This document shows, piece after piece, positions 1-7,310 of a stretch of DNA of 32,000 bases (position 1 is its first letter; each line of letters opens with the position of its first letter). The position numbers were made by a program, and so were the translations under genes. The DNA is from an uncultured Nitrososphaerota archaeon (lineage in GTDB: Archaea; Asgardarchaeota; Njordarchaeia; Njordarchaeales; Njordarchaeaceae), in NCBI GenBank assembly GCA_964518475.1, contig CAZFGR010000001.1:118308-150307 (forward strand). Reading direction: 5' to 3'. A model generated the notes under the pieces. The model did not search any database. It saw only the letters and a list, made by a program, of their open reading frames with translations, and was not told the origin of the DNA.

Positions 1-563
1 TTCTCTGATTCTCCTAACCACTTTGACAGAATAAGAGCAGCATCAACATTTAAAAATGTAGCATCCACATTACTGGCAACAGCTTTGGCTAATAGTGTTT
101 TTCCACAGCCCGGAGGGCCAAATAATAATATACCTTTCCAAGGTCTACGCGATCCCCGAAACAAATCAGGTCTTTGCAAAGGCCAGACGATTGCCTCCAT
201 TAATGCTCTTTTAGCATTTTCTAAGTCAGCTATATCTTCCCAGCGCACTTTCGGTTTCTCAATAATTACTGCTTCTCTAGCAACTTTTTCGAATTCACTC
301 TCTTCTTTCCCACTGCTATAACTTCTCTTGCTTTTAGCCTCTCCAAGTAATTTTTGAATTCGCGCAGAATATTGTCTAAGTCTTTTTTCGTAGATTTTCT
401 TAATACGCTCCCTAGACTCCAATTTTACTAATTTTTTCAGTGTTGTAATTGCTTTATAGTAATATATTATAGCTAGTCGGGGATTCCCTTTTTCATCTGC
501 TTCAATAGCTTTCTTAGCATAACTGGCCGCTACCTCTCGTAGCAATTCTAGGTCATACTCCAT
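1..563 (-). CDS. cdvC: CdvC/Vps4-type AAA+ ATPase, N-terminal part (MIT domain plus start of the AAA domain); the 3' end runs off the window
   Basis: Absent from the ORF track because it is open to the window edge. Translating the minus strand from the ATG (complement of 561-563) gives MEYDLELLREVAASYAKKAIEADEKGNPRLAIIYYYKAI..., which are MIT-like helices. It continues ...KPKVRWEDIADLENAKRALMEAIVWPLQRPDLFRGSRRPWKGILLFGPPGCGKTLLAKAVA...SKWLGESE. That stretch matches the Vps4/CdvC Walker A region nearly motif for motif. Confidence 0.9.
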   Translation of the reverse strand, partial: MEYDLELLREVAASYAKKAIEADEKGNPRLAIIYYYKAITTLKKLVKLESRERIKKIYEKRLRQYSARIQKLLGEAKSKRSYSSGKEESEFEKVAREAVIIEKPKVRWEDIADLENAKRALMEAIVWPLQRPDLFRGSRRPWKGILLFGPPGCGKTLLAKAVASNVDATFLNVDAALILSKWLGESE

Positions 564-738
564 ATTAGACAACCATCCCCTTCAATGCACTTTATACTAC
601 TACTTCAAACAATATATTTAATAGAATTTGACTGACTATAGTTATTGGGCATCATAAGATACAAATAACAAAAAATCACTAAATAGTCCGAATAATATAT
701 CTTAAGTATTCTGAACATAATGACTAGAAAGAGAATGA

Positions 739-2442
739 GTGTATAAAGAGTTGTCTCCCTTTAGTTTAACTCTCAGAAATCTGGGTGATTCCGTGTCAAT
801 AAGTAGTCTTAAGGATTATGAGAAGATTCTTCAAATTTTCGTTGAAACTCTTAAAGAGCTTAAAAGTCCAATGGAACGTCGTTTACTTACTCTCAATATC
901 GCTGAACATGTGCCCGAGATCAAATGGTGGGGCATCTCCGTTTTAGCTGACAGAATTTTTGAGGACTTATTAAAAGAAAAACAAGATGCAATAACTCTCG
1001 CAATAGCCGCTAAAATAATCGTTAAGGAATATCCCGAGAAATCTTTAATGTATGCTCGTAGGGTACTCTCTGAGTTAGAAAATCTTAGTGAATGGGAATA
1101 TGATCGTGCCCTCTCCTTAATATATGTAGCTCTCGCACTTGAACAATTAAATGAGCACGAAATGGCGTTTTCAGCGCTTAGAGATGCTCTTAAATGGGCC
1201 AGGAAAATACCTGATAGATCTGATCGCTCTATAATTCTTAGCAAGCTCATACCTATGATTTATAGATCTGGCCAAAGATCACTGGCATTAACACTTATTG
1301 ATGAAGTTGTTTATACTCCCAAAAAAGTTGATGCAGTGCTAGGAATTATAAGACACTTAACAATAAGTGACGAGAATATATTAGAGCATCTCCTTAGGAA
1401 AATTCCTTCCGATGAACAACCAATAGCATTAGCGACTTGGGCGGACACTATATCTCCTAGCAATCCAAGCAAAGTTTTGGAAATATGTAATAGAGCTTTA
1501 GGCGAGTTGGAGGAAAGAGGAGAAAAAGAAAGCCTGCGTGCTGCAACAGTTTATTTACGATGCTTCTCGGCGTTGATAAGAATTAAAAATAACCCTCTCA
1601 TAAGCAATAAAGCACTTGAGATCTACTCCTCGTTACGCAATACTTTGATTAAAAAAATAGAAGAGCGCCCTTACCTTAATCTATTCCTGGAACTTATCGA
1701 AATTCTCACACGGGAGAAGTACATTGAAAGAGTACGTGAAATACTGAGCCGTCTTAAAATATTAGCGAAGAGAAAAACTCCTCCCGATAATCTCTTTATC
1801 TTAAACAAAATAGCCTATATCTATGCTAAAATAAATGATTTCAGTCAAGCAGCCGAGAACCTCACTAAAGTCTTGGGGATTAGCCGAACATTAGAAAAAC
1901 TCTTAGCCGTCCCAGCAATGATTGACTCGGCCATCACAGCAACAGCTATTATGAATGAATTTCCAGCTACTATTCCAAGAGAACTCGTTTTAGAATATGC
2001 TGATATGATTCGCCCCGCGGAGTACTTCGAACTAAAAATTCATTTATCGCGAGAAAACTTCGAGTTCCTTAAAACGTTATATCCGGGTCAAACGCTTAGT
2101 GAGGCTATTAATTCAATAATCCTGAAAGGTAGAATTCTTGAGAGCATGAGATTGGATGAGAATATTAAAAAGTTGGTTCAAAAACTTGTAGATCTGGGTG
2201 AATACACGATTCTCCACTATTTATTAAAGTATATCTATTCGGTAGGTATACCAGAATCTGAGAGACAAACACTTCTTAACCTCTTAGGAAGAACTGTCGA
2301 AATGCTTACACTTAATCAAATAGATGAAGCAAAATCATATATTGAGTTGATATTGTCGAGACTCGAAAGAAATGGTATTCCATTGATACCTATTCTCTAC
2401 CAATACTTCAGCGAATACGTAATAGCTCTTCTCCTGAGATAG
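739..2442 (+). CDS. Hypothetical alpha-helical repeat protein (TPR/HEAT-like composition)
   Basis: Uninterrupted 567-codon ORF with a GTG start at 739. It has a Leu/Ile/Glu/Lys-rich helical-repeat character throughout. I recognise no catalytic or binding motif. Confidence 0.5.
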   Translation: MYKELSPFSLTLRNLGDSVSISSLKDYEKILQIFVETLKELKSPMERRLLTLNIAEHVPEIKWWGISVLADRIFEDLLKEKQDAITLAIAAKIIVKEYPEKSLMYARRVLSELENLSEWEYDRALSLIYVALALEQLNEHEMAFSALRDALKWARKIPDRSDRSIILSKLIPMIYRSGQRSLALTLIDEVVYTPKKVDAVLGIIRHLTISDENILEHLLRKIPSDEQPIALATWADTISPSNPSKVLEICNRALGELEERGEKESLRAATVYLRCFSALIRIKNNPLISNKALEIYSSLRNTLIKKIEERPYLNLFLELIEILTREKYIERVREILSRLKILAKRKTPPDNLFILNKIAYIYAKINDFSQAAENLTKVLGISRTLEKLLAVPAMIDSAITATAIMNEFPATIPRELVLEYADMIRPAEYFELKIHLSRENFEFLKTLYPGQTLSEAINSIILKGRILESMRLDENIKKLVQKLVDLGEYTILHYLLKYIYSVGIPESERQTLLNLLGRTVEMLTLNQIDEAKSYIELILSRLERNGIPLIPILYQYFSEYVIALLLR

Positions 2443-2447
2443 AAATT

Positions 2448-3338
2448 CTACGTATTAGCATAATCAACCATTTCTGTATTCACACCTTGTTCTTTCAAAA
2501 TTTTCTTTACGATTTCTCTCAAATCGCTGAAGGGTATCCTATACTTCTTGTTAAAGTATTTTAGTATTCTTAAGATGTCTTTAGACAGATACTCTGTAGC
2601 TTCAGGTCTAGTCGAAACTATATACTGAGGAAAATCGATAAGATATACCTCTCCGTTCTCTGTAACAAGTATGTTGAATTCGCTAAGATCTGCGTGAACA
2701 ATACCTGCTTTAAAAGCCTTAATTATTTCTCTAATAATTTTTTCGAAAATTTCTAAAGGCTCTAATAACTTTGTCTTTACCAGTTCAACGCCATCAATAT
2801 AATCCATCACAATTACATGTCGACTCCGGGCAATTGGTCGAGGAACATGAACGCCCGAGTTGTAAAGAATTTTTAATGCGTGAAACTCCCGTCTAGCGCT
2901 TCTAAAAGCTAATTGGAACCACGAATATACTCGATTTGGCACATAATAGTATCTGTACCATCTGATTCTTCTAAAGCTCTCTCGACTAATTCTGTATAGT
3001 TTCAAAATACGCGGTTCACTATTAAAGTAAGCAATCCATATGTCTCCTTCTTTTCCCATGCCGATTTTTGGTCCTACTTTTGTAATGACTCCATACATGC
3101 TTAGGGATCGCAAAGCTATTGCATCAAGTCCTTTATATGTAAGACTATATCCAACATACTCTTCTTGTTTCTTCTTAACTAATTTATACTTCAGGAGAAA
3201 ATCCATTATCTGTTCTAACTTATTAGGTTTTACTCGCACTTTTTTAGCTATATATTGTAGTGGTACGTACTCGAACCGCCTTAGGGATTTTTCTAGAACC
3301 AATAGAATTTCGTAGTGTAGTGTGCTTAGATGCTTCAT
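2448..3338 (-). CDS. rio2: RIO2-type atypical serine protein kinase (N-terminal winged helix plus RIO domain)
   Basis: ATG start. The N-terminal ~80 aa are wHTH-like. RIO motifs are present: IGMGKEGDIW (ATP loop), HADLSEFNILV (catalytic loop) and IDFPQ (metal-binding loop). Confidence 0.85.
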   Translation of the reverse strand: MKHLSTLHYEILLVLEKSLRRFEYVPLQYIAKKVRVKPNKLEQIMDFLLKYKLVKKKQEEYVGYSLTYKGLDAIALRSLSMYGVITKVGPKIGMGKEGDIWIAYFNSEPRILKLYRISRESFRRIRWYRYYYVPNRVYSWFQLAFRSARREFHALKILYNSGVHVPRPIARSRHVIVMDYIDGVELVKTKLLEPLEIFEKIIREIIKAFKAGIVHADLSEFNILVTENGEVYLIDFPQYIVSTRPEATEYLSKDILRILKYFNKKYRIPFSDLREIVKKILKEQGVNTEMVDYANT

Positions 3339-3371
3339 TATGTCTACTACTTCTAGTAAGCTAATTTCATC

Positions 3372-4031
3372 TCACCTCTTCAATTTTTCACCACATTCAG
3401 AATGTAAATAGCATCGAAGTATCCTTCTCGGTGTGCTAAAGATTACCTCGATAACTTCTTCATTTCTTTTAATGCCTTGCCCACATTCTAGACAATATCC
3501 ACTTCTGCTTAACTTTTTTTCTTCAAAAGCTAGGCGTACGAACCGCCATTCTCTTTTCCATACATTGAAACTCGTCTTAACGAGACTTTTTCTTTCCTCT
3601 AGATCAAGGCCCACCCACTTTAAAAGTTCGATCACATAGTCTCTATAGTGTATTAATCTCTTAACTAGTAGTCTAGGAACTCCTATTTCAATTAAGTGAA
3701 AATCAAAGCGAGCCTCTACTAGATCTTGTAATCTTGACTCTATTTTCGTCGGCATCCATCTCCAACCGTTTTCTTCGAAAAAAGCAAAAACGGGCTCGAA
3801 AAAAGTTCCTCGACAGATTTTTATGAGATCATCTTCTGGTTTGAACTTTAGCTCTTTAAGAAGACTCGCAACTGATTTTACCAATTCTTCCTGAAGAATT
3901 GACTTATCAGCTCCTTCTTTGAAAAAATCTATTGGAATAATTCTAGCGCTAAATTTGTTTCCTCTCAAACCCCCTATTACAACGCCTCCTACGGGACATC
4001 CCACCCCTGCATCATCGATTTCAACGATCAT
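3372..4031 (-). CDS. Hypothetical protein with an RNase HII-like N-terminal motif and a C-terminal Zn-ribbon
   Basis: The track starts at a TTG (4040). An in-frame ATG at 4031 gives MIVEIDDAGVGCPVGGVVIGGL, which resembles the RNase HII N-terminus (GIDEAGRGPVIGPLV). The later RNase HII motifs (DSK, second and third acidic residues) are not recognisable. The C-terminus carries CLECG...CYLHSECG. It lies 33 nt upstream of rio2 on the same strand. Confidence 0.55.
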   Translation of the reverse strand: MIVEIDDAGVGCPVGGVVIGGLRGNKFSARIIPIDFFKEGADKSILQEELVKSVASLLKELKFKPEDDLIKICRGTFFEPVFAFFEENGWRWMPTKIESRLQDLVEARFDFHLIEIGVPRLLVKRLIHYRDYVIELLKWVGLDLEERKSLVKTSFNVWKREWRFVRLAFEEKKLSRSGYCLECGQGIKRNEEVIEVIFSTPRRILRCYLHSECGEKLKR

Positions 4032-4131
4032 ATTATACAACTCCCAGACACTACTCCTTTATAATGTATTTGGTGCTAATTTGATTACCATTTATAAAGA
4101 GTTAAAGATCTAAAGATCCTGGTGCAATATT

Positions 4132-4716
4132 ATGGAAGTTGATGAAAAAGTAGAAGAAAAGGAGTTAGAGAAAGAAGTCGAGTTTATTAAGAAAATTTTC
4201 TCAGAAGAATTTGTGGAAAGTGAGGAGAGGAAAAAACCACACGAAAAAATCTCCGCAGAGAAAATTCGGATAGAGACTGATATTTCTCAGGTACTTATGG
4301 AAGTTCGGGAAAACCTTTCTCATATCTCAGAAGAAATCGAGAAACTCCGAAACGATTTTGACTTACTACTCAATTCAGTTAATGAAATAAAAGGCATTCT
4401 TTTACTATCTGCGCGACCACCAGAGAAATTCCCGAGAAAAGGTATTGGAAATGTATTCAGTAGACCGAGTAGCGAAAACATTGACGAAGTATTAAGAGAA
4501 ATTGAAAAAACAGTGTTTTCACCCGTTGATAAACTGATTGTACAGGCAATTAAAGTAGAAGGATTAAAGATTTGGCTTGAGGAATTATTTGATGAGATAG
4601 AGAAGGGTCATTTAGAAATCCCTGAAGATAGGGTATCAGAGGCTAAAAAACTTTACAAACTTCTTTTGCAAGCATCTAGGAATCTACGTGACCAGATATT
4701 ACTCTCTGCTAGATAG
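4132..4716 (+). CDS. Hypothetical acidic coiled-coil protein
   Basis: ATG start, 194 aa, Glu/Lys-rich heptad-like sequence, no recognisable motif. A TATA-like tttataaa lies about 35 nt upstream. Confidence 0.45.
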   Translation: MEVDEKVEEKELEKEVEFIKKIFSEEFVESEERKKPHEKISAEKIRIETDISQVLMEVRENLSHISEEIEKLRNDFDLLLNSVNEIKGILLLSARPPEKFPRKGIGNVFSRPSSENIDEVLREIEKTVFSPVDKLIVQAIKVEGLKIWLEELFDEIEKGHLEIPEDRVSEAKKLYKLLLQASRNLRDQILLSAR

Positions 4717-5632
4717 TGAATACTCGCGCCCCCCATTTCCTAATAATTTCACTCACAATAGTCTCTTCCGTTTTAATGATAACTGGTAAAGAGGATAATT
4801 TATAAAACATCTTCTTTCCCACACGTTCTCCATGTATTAATCCTAGTTCTTCGAGTTCTTTTAGATGTCGCGATATCGTAGCGGGGGATTTATTGATGAT
4901 GTCTGAGATTAATTTTGCGAAAAGTCCATTATCATAAATTGTTAAAAGCCACAAAATTCTGAGTTTTGTTCCCTTGAGCTTCTTAATCATGTTAACGACG
5001 TCTAATCCTAATTCTTCTGGGGAGCGTATTTGCAGAAGAAGAGATAATAGCGGATTCTGAACTACACGAGACACTTTTCCGAATCTCCTCGAGACAATTT
5101 CCCTAACATCTTTTTCGCTCGGATATGTCATAACTATTATCTGCCACGCATTATCTTCTTCGAAGAGCCCTCTTTCAAGCCCTTCTAATACTAAATAAGG
5201 TCGAAGCTCGATACATATTGATTTGTTCTTAGGAAACTTCTCAAGTGCTTTCATAACGTCCTCTATCGATGTCCAACCAGAATCTAGAATAAAGAAGCAA
5301 CTAGCGGAAGAATTGATATCCTTATCTAAGCTTTCTAATAGTTGCACGTTAACATATTTTTTCAAAATGTTGTAAACGTACCTTATTGTTGTTGTTTTAC
5401 CTACTCCTCTTGGCCCCGTTAAAATTATTCTCATCTTTTCCTCTAATCTACAGACCGCTGCTAGAATTTTTGCAAGCGTTCTAACTGAGTGTGTCTCGAT
5501 AAAAAATTGCTTAAAATCTTCATCAGACACAAGTTCAATCTTCTCTGGCTTTAAAATAGCCATGAGGTACTGCCGTATCTTGTCCCTTTCATGTTCTCCT
5601 AGGATTTTTAAAATTTCCTGCTCTATACTCAA
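4709..5632 (-). CDS. P-loop NTPase fused to a C-terminal ArsR-like winged-helix DNA-binding domain
   Basis: Walker A ILTGPRGVGKTTT, Walker B-like CFFILDSG, and a C-terminal wHTH (LISDIINKSPATISRHLKELEELGLIHGERVGKKMFYKL). The track start is TTG, so the start is uncertain. Confidence 0.65.
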   Translation of the reverse strand: MSIEQEILKILGEHERDKIRQYLMAILKPEKIELVSDEDFKQFFIETHSVRTLAKILAAVCRLEEKMRIILTGPRGVGKTTTIRYVYNILKKYVNVQLLESLDKDINSSASCFFILDSGWTSIEDVMKALEKFPKNKSICIELRPYLVLEGLERGLFEEDNAWQIIVMTYPSEKDVREIVSRRFGKVSRVVQNPLLSLLLQIRSPEELGLDVVNMIKKLKGTKLRILWLLTIYDNGLFAKLISDIINKSPATISRHLKELEELGLIHGERVGKKMFYKLSSLPVIIKTEETIVSEIIRKWGARVFTI

Positions 5633-5892
5633 AATTATCCCGCGTGCACAATTCCTAGTTGAGATTGTTGAGATTTATGATAATGATTGCAACTATATTT
5701 ATATTTTTAGATCGAGGGTAATACGTTAAGAAGAAGAGCTGTTTAGTTAGAATAATTGCTTAAGTGTGATTTAATACCAATATAGATGAAGAAAACACCA
5801 TTTTCGGGAAATAAAATAGCTCTCTACCTACTACTAGTTATGTAGGGTTAACCGAGGCTATTCTTAATTATAATTGATTGAAAATCACAAAA

Positions 5893-6132
5893 TCAGCTAG
5901 TCTTATCGTTCAGCTCAGCGAGCTTCTTTGATATTTGTAAAATTCTTTCCTTTATTTCTTCAATATCTTCAATAAGCATAGCCGTTGTTTCCCTCGACAC
6001 CCGTCTCAGATCCTCTATATCGTGTTTTAGTGCATTAATTTGATCCAATAATTTATCCAAAAAGATAATTGCTTTTCGAGCTTTATTAAGAATCTCTTGG
6101 TCGACGTCAGTTGATCCTTCCACGGAAAGCAC
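5893..6132 (-). CDS. Small coiled-coil hypothetical protein
   Basis: 79 codons with a GTG start and heptad-like sequence (LDKLLDQINALKHDIEDLRR...IEEIKERILQISKKLAELN). It is short and lacks an ATG, so coding status is uncertain. Confidence 0.35.
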   Translation of the reverse strand: MLSVEGSTDVDQEILNKARKAIIFLDKLLDQINALKHDIEDLRRVSRETTAMLIEDIEEIKERILQISKKLAELNDKTS

Positions 6133-6348
6133 CTATCCCTTGGGATTCGTTATAATTTCTTAAAATTATCGTCTGATTCCTTAACAATACCAGCTAAGGA
6201 AGAATATTACTTTTAACCCATTACATATTATCGTAAGTTTGACTATTTCAACATTCTGACTATGTGTATTACAACAATATTTCTTGCATTTTAAACATTC
6301 TTTACCAAAAACGTATTTCTGGATTATGAAGAATACGGTGAGTTCACA

Positions 6349-6957
6349 TTGGGTTTTCTTCGCAGACTTCTGGGTAGGGTAAACAAAAGAAGTATTCGAC
6401 TTGGAATATTTGGAGAAGTAGGAGCTGGCAAAACTACTCTCGCCAACTATATAACTAAGAAGCATTTGGGCAAAGAAGTAGGTTCAGTTACTGGAATTCC
6501 GCATGAAACTCGTCGAGTAAATACTATAGAGAATCTTATTCTCCGAATAGATGGTAAGGAATTGAACTTTACGATTATAGATACGCCTGGTTTATCCACT
6601 TACATTGACTATCGTGAGTTTCTAAAACACGGTTTAAGCGAAGAAGAGGCTATTGAGAGAGCTAAGGAGGCTACAAAAGGAGTTATCGAAGCTATAAAGG
6701 AACTAGATAATGTCGATGCAGCAATTATAGTTATTGATTCTACACGATTACCTTTTAATCAAGTGAATATGATGCTTATAGGAACGCTGGAACTGAAGAA
6801 GATTCCATTTGTAATTGCAGCGAATAAGATCGATAAACCAGAGTCTAGGCCAGAATTAGTGAAAGAAACTTTCCAAAAAAAGGTAGTAGTTCCAATATCC
6901 GCTCTCACCGGTCAAAATGTTGAACAACTATTAGAAAAATTAACAAAACAAATTTAA
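6349..6957 (+). CDS. Small TRAFAC-class GTPase (Era/EngB-like)
   Basis: G1 GEVGAGKTT, G3 DTPG, G4 NKID and G5 SAL occur in the correct order and spacing. TTG start. Confidence 0.8.
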   Translation: MGFLRRLLGRVNKRSIRLGIFGEVGAGKTTLANYITKKHLGKEVGSVTGIPHETRRVNTIENLILRIDGKELNFTIIDTPGLSTYIDYREFLKHGLSEEEAIERAKEATKGVIEAIKELDNVDAAIIVIDSTRLPFNQVNMMLIGTLELKKIPFVIAANKIDKPESRPELVKETFQKKVVVPISALTGQNVEQLLEKLTKQI

Positions 6958-6970
6958 CAGAGGCGTCACT

Positions 6971-7303
6971 ATGCGCATCGGCATTGAATATTTCTCTATT
7001 GACTTCTTTAGAAAGCTGCTTAATAAAGGGTATTTTCACCAAATAGTTAGAAAGTTTCGATCTGGTTACGTAATTATAGTGGAGGGGTCACTTTCACCGC
7101 TGGAGAAATCAAACATACTTAAAGAGATAATGAAGGTGATTGATACTGAATTCTATGGTATCGAATTCTTCGAAGTTACGGCTCCTGGAAGGATACGAAG
7201 GAAAAAAATGGTTACAATTATTACACCAAAGCTTCGCATGATGAATTTTGAAGTCACAAGGCATCTTGGCGACTACGAAATTTTGTTTCACTTAAGATCC
7301 TAG
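6971..7303 (+). CDS. Small conserved-looking hypothetical protein, probably co-transcribed with the upstream GTPase
   Basis: ATG start 14 nt after the GTPase stop, same strand, 110 aa, alpha/beta-like sequence. No motif recognised. Confidence 0.5.
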   Translation: MRIGIEYFSIDFFRKLLNKGYFHQIVRKFRSGYVIIVEGSLSPLEKSNILKEIMKVIDTEFYGIEFFEVTAPGRIRRKKMVTIITPKLRMMNFEVTRHLGDYEILFHLRS

Positions 7304-7310
7304 GTTTTAA

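Noticed and set aside
85-321. A 78-aa plus-strand ORF in the track.
   Set aside because: It lies antisense to the strongly supported CdvC/Vps4 coding sequence and has a low-complexity, unrecognisable product. It is a shadow ORF.
564-738. A candidate C/D sRNA on the minus strand, with an ATGATGC C-like box near 647-653.
   Set aside because: There is no CTGA D box or D'/C' pair at the required 12-nt spacing. This is more likely just a divergent promoter spacer.
6181-6465. A 94-aa minus-strand ORF overlapping the start of the GTPase gene.
   Set aside because: It overlaps the G1 motif region of a well-supported gene, and its product is Cys/Phe/Tyr-rich with low complexity. It is probably non-coding spacer plus a shadow frame.
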